Shown: piece after piece, positions 37,280 through 47,152 of the stretch | Position numbering within the stretch: position 1 is the first letter of the stretch | How the letters are laid out: each line of letters opens with the position of its first letter | Source of the DNA: Terriglobia bacterium | GTDB lineage: Bacteria; Acidobacteriota; Terriglobia; JAIQFV01 | Assembly (NCBI GenBank): GCA_020073085.1 | Contig: JAIQFV010000009.1 | Span: 60,162 to 124,161, forward strand | Direction: 5' to 3' | DNA: 64,000 nt | Translations under genes and position numbers: made by a program | Notes under the pieces: model-generated | The model's input: the letters and a program-made list of their open reading frames with translations, nothing else | Database searches by the model: none | Told to the model about the DNA's origin: nothing

Positions 37280-38803
37280 ATGCGGATCGGAATGCTGGCT
37301 CCTATTTCAAATCGGATACCTCCCCGGCAATTTGGCCCGTGGGAACGCGTGATTTCTCTTCTGACGGAAGGGTTGGTTGAATACGGACTGGATGTCACTC
37401 TGTTCGCAACCGCAGATTCGCTTACCCGGGCCCGGCTCCACAGCGTTTGCCCTCGTCCACTCTCGGAGGATTCCACCCTGGACCCACGGGTGTGGGAATC
37501 CCTGCACCTGGCCGCCGCCTTCGAACGGGCGTCGGAATTCGACCTGATTCACAACTTTGCAGATTTCGCCCCCCTTGCTTACTGCAATCTCGTCAAGACA
37601 CCCATCCTGACCACACTGTACAAGTCGGCATCGAAGCAGAATTTACCCGTCTATGAGAAATACAACGGCCGGACCCGTTACATAGCCATTAGCAAGGCGG
37701 ATCTGAAACCTCAGCTCAATTATCTTGCCACGATCTATCATGGCATAGCGCCGGAGGAGTTCACCTTCCAGCGTGAACCGGGCGACTATTTCCTGTGCTT
37801 CGGGCGCATCCACCCCGAAAAGGGGACCGCTGAAGCGATTCAGGTCGCTCGGCGCGCCAGACAGCGGCTGGTCATCGCGGGGGTGATTGACGATATGGAA
37901 TATTTTAAGCAGGAGGTCGCACCCCAAGTGGATGGAGAACACATTCAATATCTCGGGGCCGTGGGACCGGAACGCCGCAACGAACTGCTCGGTGGCGCGT
38001 GCGCCCTGCTCCACTTGGTCAAATTCGACGAGCCCTTTGGCTTCAGCGTAATTGAAGCCATGGCGTGCGGCACTCCGGTGATTGCCTGTGGCCGGGGTTC
38101 AGTCCCTGAATTGATCCTCCACGAGGAAACCGGTTTCATCGTCAGCTCAATCCCTGAGGCCGTGGCCGCGCTGGAATCGGTCCGCAAGTTGGACCGTGAA
38201 CAGGTTCGTCTTCATGTCGAACAGAACTTCAGCCGCGACCGGATGGTCGATGAATACATCCGCGTTTATATGGAAGCGTTAAGCAAGGAAGGCAAGGCGG
38301 CCACGGTCCCCCCCCAGGCGATCGCAGTGAAGGACGATCCGGTGGTGGCGGAAAATATTCCGGTTGCCGTGGCGGGCGAACCTGCCGTGGGCGCGGTCGA
38401 CGTCGCCGCTGAGGTACCACGGTTTTTCACCGAATCAGCGTTTGCTCCGACGACCTCCTCCAGTCAGGATCAATCCTCTTCGGGCAGTTTTACCGTTATC
38501 GAGGAAGGCACCGGGTACAAAGTCAGGCGCATCGAATTGCTGCCCGGCAAGCAATTGAGTTGCCGGAGGCATGCCCAGCGATCGGAGCAGTGGACGATCG
38601 TCCAGGGTCTTGGAAAAGTGCGGATTGACGGGGACGAGCGGCTTGTTCGCGTCGGTCAGAAGATCAATGTCCCCGTGGGTGTAGCCCACAGCATGGAGAA
38701 CTTTGGAGAACAACTGCTGGTCTTTATTGAAACCCAACGCGGCCCCTACCTGGGAGAAGATGATATCGAACAACTGCAGGATGACGTTGGGATAGTTCCC
38801 TAG
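37280..38803 (+). CDS. Glycosyltransferase family 4 fused to a C-terminal cupin domain
   Basis: The GT4 EX7E region reads EPFGFSVIEAMACGTPVIA. After a low-complexity linker the cupin reads YKVRRIELLPGKQLSCRRHAQRSEQWTIVQGLGKVRIDGDE...VPVGVAHSMEN. Confidence 0.75.
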   Translation: MRIGMLAPISNRIPPRQFGPWERVISLLTEGLVEYGLDVTLFATADSLTRARLHSVCPRPLSEDSTLDPRVWESLHLAAAFERASEFDLIHNFADFAPLAYCNLVKTPILTTLYKSASKQNLPVYEKYNGRTRYIAISKADLKPQLNYLATIYHGIAPEEFTFQREPGDYFLCFGRIHPEKGTAEAIQVARRARQRLVIAGVIDDMEYFKQEVAPQVDGEHIQYLGAVGPERRNELLGGACALLHLVKFDEPFGFSVIEAMACGTPVIACGRGSVPELILHEETGFIVSSIPEAVAALESVRKLDREQVRLHVEQNFSRDRMVDEYIRVYMEALSKEGKAATVPPQAIAVKDDPVVAENIPVAVAGEPAVGAVDVAAEVPRFFTESAFAPTTSSSQDQSSSGSFTVIEEGTGYKVRRIELLPGKQLSCRRHAQRSEQWTIVQGLGKVRIDGDERLVRVGQKINVPVGVAHSMENFGEQLLVFIETQRGPYLGEDDIEQLQDDVGIVP

Positions 38804-38852
38804 ACACCTTGAAGGCTCGCCTGATTTCCATCCTCAAAATTGGGATGCGCTG

Positions 38853-39656
38853 ATGCCGCACATCAATGTCAATGGAGCCCGGTTGTACTACGAGCAGCAT
38901 GGGGCGGGTCCGGAAACCATTCTTTTTGCTCACGGCCTGCTCATGAGCGGACGCATGTTCGACCGCCAGGTCGATGCCCTGAAGGATCGCTATCGATGCA
39001 TCACCTTTGACTTTCGCGGACAGGGGCAGAGTGAAGTTACCGCGTCGGGGTATGACATGGACACGCTTACCGCGGATGCGGCCGCGCTCATCCGGTCATT
39101 AGGTTGCGCGCCCTGCCATTTTCTGGGCCTGTCCATGGGCGGATTCGTCGGGATGCGGCTGGCGATTCACTCTCCCGAACTCATCAGATCGTTGATGCTT
39201 CTTGAGACCACCGCGGACCCGGAACCGAAGGAGAACGTCGGCAGGTATCGCCGGATGAACTTCGTGGCCCGATGGATTAGTCTCTCGCTCGTCGCAGCGC
39301 CGGTCATGAAGATCATGTTCGGGAGGAAATTCCTGGAGGATCCGTCCCGCGCTGCGCTCCGCGCCGACCTTCGCCGGCGTGTTCTCACCAATCATCGGGT
39401 CGGGATCTCCCGCGCGGTCATGGGAGTCATTACGCGTCAGGGCGTCGACGAGCAACTGGACCGGATCAAGACCCCCACCCTTATTCTGGTCGGCGATCAG
39501 GATGTCGCGACCGGACCGGCCAAGGCGGAACGGTTGCATTCACGGATCCGCGGCTCAAGGCTTCAAATCATCCCGGGCGCAGGTCACAGCTCGAGTCTTG
39601 AAGAACCCGAGGCTGTGAACGCGGCTGTCACCGAATTCCTGAACGGCCTGCACTGA
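38853..39656 (+). CDS. Alpha/beta hydrolase of the 3-oxoadipate enol-lactonase type
   Basis: Begins MPHINVNGARLYYEQHGAGPETILFAHGLLMSGRMFDRQV. The nucleophile elbow reads GLSMGG. Confidence 0.8.
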   Translation: MPHINVNGARLYYEQHGAGPETILFAHGLLMSGRMFDRQVDALKDRYRCITFDFRGQGQSEVTASGYDMDTLTADAAALIRSLGCAPCHFLGLSMGGFVGMRLAIHSPELIRSLMLLETTADPEPKENVGRYRRMNFVARWISLSLVAAPVMKIMFGRKFLEDPSRAALRADLRRRVLTNHRVGISRAVMGVITRQGVDEQLDRIKTPTLILVGDQDVATGPAKAERLHSRIRGSRLQIIPGAGHSSSLEEPEAVNAAVTEFLNGLH

Positions 39657-39810
39657 GGACGCCCCCCCACTTCAACACTTCTCTGAACAGCCGCGAGCAG
39701 GAAGGTACGGCTCTCTTGCCTGGCAATTCTTCGCGCGTTCTCGGCGCCTGCTGTGCGCCGTCTCAGCGGTATGCCTTTCCAAGCACAATGGACTCAAGAA
39801 CGGTCCCATC

Positions 39811-40254
39811 TCATGCCGACTGCAAAAGCCGTGCCGCCTCTTCCAGCGAATTTGACTCCCGGAGCTTTGCCAGCTCTGCCGGAGATTCCTGAACCTTCTC
39901 GAGGGCATTGAAGAACCGATCCAGAAGATCGCCGCTGTAACTGGGAAGCAAAAAGATGTGCGTGTGCGGAATCCTCTTGCCGCGCGCATAGAGCAGGACA
40001 AAATCGGGGGAGAAGGCCTTCATGATCTTGTTGGCGACAACCCGCGCCATTTGGAAGAGGCTTGCCGTCTCGTCTTCATTCAACTCGTGCCACCACTGCA
40101 CATGCCGTTTCGAAATGACCAGGCAGTGGCCCTGGGTATGGGGCTGAATGTCGAGAAGGGCGATGGAGAGTTTGTCCTCCGCGATGCGATAGGCGGGGGC
40201 AGTCCCGGCAACGATCTTACAGAAAGCGCAATCCAGATTGGTTTCCATCGCCAT
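39811..40254 (-). CDS. HIT-family (histidine triad) hydrolase
   Basis: Contains CAFCKIVAGTAPAYRIAED..QGHCLVISKRHV and the motif IPHTHIFLLP. Confidence 0.8.
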   Translation of the reverse strand: MAMETNLDCAFCKIVAGTAPAYRIAEDKLSIALLDIQPHTQGHCLVISKRHVQWWHELNEDETASLFQMARVVANKIMKAFSPDFVLLYARGKRIPHTHIFLLPSYSGDLLDRFFNALEKVQESPAELAKLRESNSLEEAARLLQSA

Positions 40255-40290
40255 ACGATAGCAGGTTTTTTCTGGGGTTCCAATGAGATG

Positions 40291-40512
40291 GAAGGTGCCA
40301 GGAACGAGGTGTCAGGTGCCAGGTGTCGGGTGTCAGGGGGCCGAGACACGGTAGCTGGAGTGTTTGAACAGATGCGACCGAGGTCAGAAGCCAGAAGTCA
40401 GAAAGATCAGACACAGTTCATTTGAGTTTCGGATCCTGCCACCTGACACCCGACACCTGGTACCCGACACCTCGTTCCGGCATCCTGACACCCGACACCT
40501 GGCACCCCACAC
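40291..40512. repeat. Heptad-armed palindromic element, G class
   Basis: The arms are ggtgccaggaacgaggtgtcaggtgccaggtgtcgggtgtcagg ... cctgacacccgacacctggtacccgacacctcgttccggcatcctgacacccgacacctggcacc. Confidence 0.6.
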
Positions 40513-40519
40513 CTCTTCC

Positions 40520-42985
40520 CTACTCCTCCCTCAACGCCGCGACCGGATCGATCCTTGCGGCCCGGCGCGCGGGGACGAGGCATGCAACAACCCCGACCAA
40601 GCTGAGAACACCGGTCACTGACGCCAGGACGACGGGATTCAAGGGCCGCACCCCATAGAGCACGCTCTGCACATATCGTCCCAGCGCCACTGTTCCCGCA
40701 ATTCCCAGCACAAAACCAACAATGAGAATTAAAATTCCTTCTTGAAGAATCAGCTTGAAGATTCTCTCGGTCGTTCCTCCCAGTGCCATGCGTATCCCGA
40801 TCTCTTTCGTGCGAAGGGTGACGGTATAAGCGAGCATCCCATAAATCCCGACGGCAGCCAGCACCAGGGCAACGAGGCCGAATCCCATCGACAGCAGCAT
40901 GGGAGACTTGCGGGTAACGAGGGATTCCTCGAGGCGTTCATCCATGGTATGCACGTCGTAAATCGGAATCTCGGCATCCAGCCCAAAAATGGCGTTTCGG
41001 ACCGCGGAGATCAGGCTGTTGGGGTTGCCCGCGGTGAGGATCGCAAGGGTTATCACCGACTGCGGGGCTTGTGAGTCGGGGAAGAAGTAAGCACCCACGC
41101 GTTCATCCGGATCAACCAGCGCCCGTTGTTTGGAGCTCTTTACGACACCCACCACGGTATACCACTTGACATCTTTGCCGGGTTGAACGAGGTCCTCGGC
41201 CCTCGAAGGTTGCCACATCCGCTTCCCGATGGGACTGCTGTTGGGCCAAAACTTGTGGGCCAGCCGGTCGTCAACGATGACGACGCGGGGAGATTTTTCA
41301 TTGTCCCGCTCGTCGAAGTAGCGCCCGTCTAGCAAAGGAATCCGCATCGCCTCGAAGTAACCGGGCGTCACCTCGATCTGGCTGGGGGAGACCAACGACT
41401 CACCTGGCCTCATCGAATACCCCTCGGCCAGGATCACACTGTCGTTGGAGTTGTCTCCAAAAGGAATCGAATCGGTGGCGCCGGCCGCCGACACCCCCGG
41501 CAAGGCGCGTATTTTTTCAAGCGCCTGACCAGTGAAGGCCCGAAGCTCGTTATCGCCTTTGTATCGCGCCTTCGGCATTCCAATCGAAGCGGTCAATACA
41601 CCTTGAGGAACAAAGCCGGGTTTGACGGCGAGCACCTGCCGGAAGCTGGCCAGAAGCAGACCGGCGCCGATGAGCAGGAGGAGCGCGAACGCGACCTGTG
41701 CCACCACCAATGTCTTTCGCAGAAGGCGGGCGCCGCGGCTGCTCGTTCCTGTCCGTCCTTCACCCCGGAATAGGGTGTTGAGATCCGTCCGGAAGGCATG
41801 GGTAATGGGAATGGCGCCGACGGCAAAGCCCACCAGTAGGCTCAAACCGAGGATGAAGAAGACCACTTTGATGTCCATCGCGATCTCGCTGCCCCGGGGA
41901 ATGTGATTGAGTCCCAGGGTGCCAAACACACGGAGTCCCCAGTACCCCAGGACTAATCCAAACAGCGCGCTGATCAGGGTCATCAACACGCTCTCCGTCA
42001 TCAATTGCCGGGCGACCCGCCAGGGGCTCGCCCCCATGGCAAAGCGCGTGGCCAGTTCTTTCACGCGGGCACTGGATCGTGCCAGGGCGAGATTCGCGAT
42101 GTTAACGGCTCCGATCAAAAGGACGAAAAGCACACCGCCCCAGAGCAGATAGAGTGTGCTCTTGATGTCCCCCACAACGTTGTCCCGAAGAGGCACGACC
42201 ACGGTGTGGAACCCCGCGTTAATAAGAAGTTGTTTGAATTCAGGAAAGCGATCGAGGTTCGCAGTGTTCAGGGCATTGACCTGGGCTTGTGCCTGTTCGA
42301 GGGTCGCCCCCGGCTTCAAACGGCCGATCATGTCCCAGCTGTTGCTGTGCCGCCCCTCTTTCGCCTCGGCCGTAAAAGCCAGCGGCCTCCACAGACGAAC
42401 TTCAGGATCCAAATACCGAAAATCCTTCGGCATGACACCCACGATGGTGTACGGATTGCCGTAAATTCGCAGATCTCTGCCTAGAATGGATCGGTCGCCA
42501 CCGTAGAGTTCCTGCCATAGGGGATAACTCAGGATGACTCGGCGCTCGTTACCGATCTCGCCCTCCTCAGGGGCAAAAATGCGGCCCAGCGTCGGCTTCG
42601 AACGCAGCAGGCGGAAGAACGACGGGGTCACGTTCAGGCACTTGGCCCGTTGGACCGAGCCCTTTTCACCCAGCGTCACCCCGGAATCGTTGTACATGGC
42701 AATTTCTTCAAACACGGTGACATCGCGGAGACGATCATAGTAGTCGGCCGCCCCGTTGCTCGATTTCTTCACGCCCACATTGGGATAGCTGTTGTACAGC
42801 GCCAGGAGGCGGCTCGCTTCCGGCACCGGCAGCGGCTTCAAAATCACCGAATGGATGACACTGAAGATGGCCGCATTGGCGGCAATGCATAGCGTTAACG
42901 TTGCAATCGCCGTAATCGCAACACCCTTGTCCTTCCACAGCAGTCTCACTCCAAACCTGATGTCTTGAAGAAAAGATTCCATCAT
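40520..42985 (-). CDS. ABC transporter permease, duplicated FtsX (ADOP family)
   Basis: 821 aa. Begins MMESFLQDIRFGVRLLWKDKGVAI. The C-terminus ends PARRAARIDPVAALREE. Confidence 0.85.
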   Translation of the reverse strand: MMESFLQDIRFGVRLLWKDKGVAITAIATLTLCIAANAAIFSVIHSVILKPLPVPEASRLLALYNSYPNVGVKKSSNGAADYYDRLRDVTVFEEIAMYNDSGVTLGEKGSVQRAKCLNVTPSFFRLLRSKPTLGRIFAPEEGEIGNERRVILSYPLWQELYGGDRSILGRDLRIYGNPYTIVGVMPKDFRYLDPEVRLWRPLAFTAEAKEGRHSNSWDMIGRLKPGATLEQAQAQVNALNTANLDRFPEFKQLLINAGFHTVVVPLRDNVVGDIKSTLYLLWGGVLFVLLIGAVNIANLALARSSARVKELATRFAMGASPWRVARQLMTESVLMTLISALFGLVLGYWGLRVFGTLGLNHIPRGSEIAMDIKVVFFILGLSLLVGFAVGAIPITHAFRTDLNTLFRGEGRTGTSSRGARLLRKTLVVAQVAFALLLLIGAGLLLASFRQVLAVKPGFVPQGVLTASIGMPKARYKGDNELRAFTGQALEKIRALPGVSAAGATDSIPFGDNSNDSVILAEGYSMRPGESLVSPSQIEVTPGYFEAMRIPLLDGRYFDERDNEKSPRVVIVDDRLAHKFWPNSSPIGKRMWQPSRAEDLVQPGKDVKWYTVVGVVKSSKQRALVDPDERVGAYFFPDSQAPQSVITLAILTAGNPNSLISAVRNAIFGLDAEIPIYDVHTMDERLEESLVTRKSPMLLSMGFGLVALVLAAVGIYGMLAYTVTLRTKEIGIRMALGGTTERIFKLILQEGILILIVGFVLGIAGTVALGRYVQSVLYGVRPLNPVVLASVTGVLSLVGVVACLVPARRAARIDPVAALREE

Positions 42986-43385
42986 CTATGGCAGTCCTTT
43001 CAGTCGAAATCCAGCGCAGCCCCAAAGGGCGTCAGTGTCCGAAGAATCCTGGGATATTCCGCCTTTCATACTAATACGTTGATGGATCTGTTTGGGTTCC
43101 CATTTAAAATTCTCTTGCCATTTTCTGATCTGGCCCTGGCTTTCCCTAACCCCTAAAACCTATCACCTCCCCATACGACCTCCCTCTTGAATTCGCGCTG
43201 TCCAAGCTCTACACTTCCACTCGGCCAGCCGCTGAAAAAAGGGTCCTCATCTTCGGATGTTTCATTTCACGGGCGACATCGGTCGTCACTCTACTGCCTT
43301 TGGGGGAGTGGCCGACAAAAGCAGAGACGATGACGCGACCCCATCAGTTTATCAGTCCCATCCATTTGAAGAAAAAGGAGGTTTC

Positions 43386-45272
43386 GTGAAACGGAAAACC
43401 ATCTGGTTTCTATCCGCCGCCCTGCTACTGGCGGGGCGCGCCAGTACGACCCCAGCGACGCTCTACTGCAATCGGTCATACACCCAACTCAGTCAGAACC
43501 CGGGAAAGCCGTACAATGCCGTGGGCTTCCTCAACAACGGTTGCACGGCCTTCCTCATTGACTCCAACCACATCGCCGCTGCGGCGCACTGTTTCGAGGA
43601 CACCTCCACGGGCGCCTGGCAAACGGGACTTCGGTTCTACCCGAACTTTCACCCGGACCGGGTCGTCGCTGACGAGAAACACGTTCCACGGGGCGACGTG
43701 ACGCATGTCGTGGTCGGCTCCCGCGCCGGGGAGTCGGTACTGGGCTCGGGAATGGACTGGGGCATTGCGCGAATTGAAAATTGGAAGGACACGACCGGCC
43801 TTGATCTGACCCCGGTGGCACTGGCCCCCTCCTTGCCGTCGCTGGGCACAGCGCTCGAAAACCCCGCCTACACACGCCATCACTTTCCTTACAATGACAG
43901 CGACTCCGTCACGTGGGACAACATGGAGTGGGACACCACGAACTGCGGCTGGGTGGGCTCCAATCATGGCATGTGGGCGATCCAAATGCACACAGCCCCT
44001 ATTTTTGACGGCACGAACCGCGATATGGTGGGCTGCAATTCCCGGTGGGCGGCGGGGATGATTCACGCAAATTGCTCCCTCACGAGCGTCTCCAATGATG
44101 TCGTGATTCATGACTGCGATACGGTGGGGGGTTCGTCGGGATCCCCCATCATATTCGAGAACGCCCAGGGCAAATGGAGTGTCATCGGGGTCGGGCATGG
44201 CGGAGGACCGGCCGACTTCTCCCAGCTGGCCCCGGTCTGCACCAACGACACCCCGGATCACCAGGACAACGGCGGGGCCAGCGTGGAACGATTCCGAGAC
44301 GCGCCCCGGTTCGCTTCAAATATCGCCGTCCATCGCCGTCCCGATAATGCAGCGGCGACGGCTGTCTTCGCAGTCGACAGCGACTTGAATCAGCTCGTCT
44401 ATCGCACGCGGTCAGGCTCCACCCCCACTTACAACAGCAGCTTCAGCTTCTGGAAGAGTCTCGACACTCCTCTCCAGGGGGTGAAACTCACCAAGGTTGC
44501 AGCCTGTTCCGTTGATGCCACTGCCAGACCCCAAGTCTTCGTCGTGGTAAACAACCAGAGAATTTTTACTCGATGGGTTCTCTCGAACGGGGGCTGGAGC
44601 TTGTGGACCGACTTTGGCCTCCAGGGAATCGCCAACACCGTGGTCGACATCGACACTTCTTCCGATACGCAGGGCCGGTGCCTCCTCTTCGTGACCACTG
44701 AGGGAGGGGCATTCGTTCGGGCAAAGGTCTCCGATTCGACCTGGGGCAGCTGGTTCACGGTCGCCAGCGGGACATTCAGGTCGATCACTGCACTCAACTA
44801 CAACGGAACAGTATGGGCCGCCATGGTGGACACCTCGGGTGAGATCTGGAGAACCTCTCTGGGTCAGGCGGGATGGACCACGCCCATAAAGCTCACTCGC
44901 CCTTCGGGAGTCAGCGCCTGGCGTGACATCGACATGACCTGGGACGAAGCCGCCCGTGGCTTCATGCTCGCTCTTCCCACCAGTGGCGGGAACATGTTGT
45001 GGTTCACTCCGATGTACGGCAATCAAGCCTGGTCCGAGTGGCGGTTCTTCGACACCCACTTGTGGGCCCCCGGCGCCACTCCACAGAACGCCCCGAACCT
45101 GCTGAGCATAACGGCCTCGAGGTGGATGGAGGATCCCGCGGGGACCACCTCACCGGTCATCTTTGCTACTGACGACAACGGCAACGTGTATTTCATTGAA
45201 TACGGCCGGGTCGGCACGCCCGGATGGATACTCAACTGGAAGTCCTTCTACCATGAGTCCATTCCATACTGA
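43386..45272 (+). CDS. Secreted trypsin-like (S1) serine protease with a C-terminal Trp-rich repeat region (beta-propeller or lectin-like)
   Basis: An AAGGAGG SD lies 5 nt before the GTG at 43386. It has a signal peptide (KTIWFLSAALLLAGRAS). The catalytic triad context is His in HIAAAAHCF, Asp in DWGIARI and Ser in GGSSGSPII. The C-terminal 300 aa are rich in W..W motifs. Confidence 0.7.
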   Translation: MKRKTIWFLSAALLLAGRASTTPATLYCNRSYTQLSQNPGKPYNAVGFLNNGCTAFLIDSNHIAAAAHCFEDTSTGAWQTGLRFYPNFHPDRVVADEKHVPRGDVTHVVVGSRAGESVLGSGMDWGIARIENWKDTTGLDLTPVALAPSLPSLGTALENPAYTRHHFPYNDSDSVTWDNMEWDTTNCGWVGSNHGMWAIQMHTAPIFDGTNRDMVGCNSRWAAGMIHANCSLTSVSNDVVIHDCDTVGGSSGSPIIFENAQGKWSVIGVGHGGGPADFSQLAPVCTNDTPDHQDNGGASVERFRDAPRFASNIAVHRRPDNAAATAVFAVDSDLNQLVYRTRSGSTPTYNSSFSFWKSLDTPLQGVKLTKVAACSVDATARPQVFVVVNNQRIFTRWVLSNGGWSLWTDFGLQGIANTVVDIDTSSDTQGRCLLFVTTEGGAFVRAKVSDSTWGSWFTVASGTFRSITALNYNGTVWAAMVDTSGEIWRTSLGQAGWTTPIKLTRPSGVSAWRDIDMTWDEAARGFMLALPTSGGNMLWFTPMYGNQAWSEWRFFDTHLWAPGATPQNAPNLLSITASRWMEDPAGTTSPVIFATDDNGNVYFIEYGRVGTPGWILNWKSFYHESIPY

Positions 45273-45801
45273 TGATGCCAGTTGCCTTCTCCCGGGTGGA
45301 TAGGAACTTAACCGAAGGAACCTGATACATTAAGAATTGATGAAGATGTTTCAATCAATCAACTCATCACGACGGCGTTGGCAGAAAGGTTATCGGCAAT
45401 GATGACGGTCGATTATCTGGAAGAGCGCGCCAAACGCGGTCGGCGCCGGAAGTTTGAGCGTGCCCTGGCCAAGATCAGGGCAGTGGAGCCTGAGGAACGG
45501 GACCGATTGTGAGGCCGAATCCGCGCGGGCATCCGATCCATCGGACCCATTGTAGATGCCACCCGGTTCTTTCTTTTTTGTCTCCGCTGACAATGCGGAT
45601 AGACCTCTTATCGTTCATCTGACCCGGTTCTGCGATACGCTTCGCGACGATGGGCTAAGTCGCTCTCGTGCCCCGGGATTATGATGAGCCTATCGCGTTT
45701 TCCACAGGAGTGCTTCACTTTAACCTGATCGAGGACACCCGCCTGAGTGGCGGCAAGCGGAACTGGTCGTTGAGCGGCTTGCTCAGTCGCCTGGCATCTG
45801 T

Positions 45802-46179
45802 TTGTCTCAAGGAGTAGTTATGAACCAAACCAAGCTCAGATTCACCGTTAGCAGTCACTTTGAGGGCAAAGATCCTGTTGTTCGCCAGATTTACGACCTT
45901 CTGGTGAGCAGAGTGAAGCGACTTGGGCCCGTTGTCGAAGAACCAAAAAAGACTTCAATTCACTTCGTTAATGAGACCGCTCTGGCGGGGGTGGCGACCC
46001 GCAAAACTTGTCTCGTTCTGACTATTAAGAGTAGCCGCCCCCTTGCCAGCCCTCGCATCCACAAGACGCTACAGGTGTCCGCGAATCGGTTTCACCATGA
46101 AGTCAAGCTTCTATCTCTCGGGGAGGTGGATGTTGAATTGATGGGCTGGCTAAAAGAGGCTTATGCCCTGAGCGCATGA
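45802..46179 (+). CDS. Hypothetical protein, possibly DUF5655-like
   Basis: 125 aa. The motif PVVEEPKKTSIHFVNETALAGVATRKTCLVLTIK is reminiscent of DUF5655. Confidence 0.45.
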   Translation: MSQGVVMNQTKLRFTVSSHFEGKDPVVRQIYDLLVSRVKRLGPVVEEPKKTSIHFVNETALAGVATRKTCLVLTIKSSRPLASPRIHKTLQVSANRFHHEVKLLSLGEVDVELMGWLKEAYALSA

Positions 46180-46186
46180 TGGAACC

Positions 46187-46903
46187 ATGATGAACAAATG
46201 GGGGATCGCAATGATCGGAATGCTTATCGGTGTGATCGCGGCCGACAGCAATTCGCAACCGAAGGCGCTGGACGAGTTGCCGGCCAGAGTCGACCACCTT
46301 GTGTATGGAACCCCGGACTTGGATACCGGGATTGAGCAGCTCGCGGAATTGCTCGGTGTGCGGGCAACTCCGGGAGGTCAGCACCCAGGCCGGGGAACGC
46401 GCAATGCCCTGATCGCGCTGGGTCCGGCTTGCTACCTGGAGATTATCGGGCCCGATCCCCAACAGCCGAAACCCGGCAGTCCGCGGCCGTTCGGTATTGA
46501 CGATCTCAAAACATCCAGGCTTGTGGCGTGGGCAGCCAAGGGCAAGGACCTGGAACAGTTGGTTTTCGAAGCGGGACGTCGCGGTGTGAAACTGGGAGAG
46601 GTTCTTTCCGGAAGCCGGCAACGGCCGGACGGCGTTCTCCTCTCTTGGCGATACACGGATCCCCATTCGGTTGTGGCGGACGGCATTGTTCCATTCTTTA
46701 TCGAGTGGGGAAAGACGCCCCATCCGGCCAGAACCGCAGTTGCAGGGGTCTCACTAATCGGACTTCGCGCGGAACATCCTGATGCGGAGCGAGTCCGAAA
46801 GATGCTTGACCCCTTTGGACTCCCCCTTCCCTTGCGGACCGGCCCTGTTCCGGCGCTCATCGCGACCGTCAGCTGTCCGCGAGGTCGGGTTGAATTACGC
46901 TAA
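46187..46903 (+). CDS. Glyoxalase-like (VOC family) domain protein with a signal peptide
   Basis: Contains VDHLVYGTPDLDTGIEQLAELLGV...YLEIIGPD. Confidence 0.55.
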   Translation: MMNKWGIAMIGMLIGVIAADSNSQPKALDELPARVDHLVYGTPDLDTGIEQLAELLGVRATPGGQHPGRGTRNALIALGPACYLEIIGPDPQQPKPGSPRPFGIDDLKTSRLVAWAAKGKDLEQLVFEAGRRGVKLGEVLSGSRQRPDGVLLSWRYTDPHSVVADGIVPFFIEWGKTPHPARTAVAGVSLIGLRAEHPDAERVRKMLDPFGLPLPLRTGPVPALIATVSCPRGRVELR

Positions 46904-47152
46904 AACTAACATTGGAAATCGAGTCATATGGGGTAATTGGTGAACCCGCAGAGTAGGGGCGTCCGCCGCGGCGTCCTTACTGAATCATACATAGTTTGTG
47001 ACTTTTTCAATGGTTTTCGTACTTGTGATGGTCTGAGTCAAGAGAACATTCGCAAACCGCGCCGCTTTATTGCTTGTAACGGCGCCCTTCTTACAGGAAC
47101 TGAAGAGCCGTATCGGGAAGAGAATTACGGACGCCGGCTCCCGGGTGTCAAC

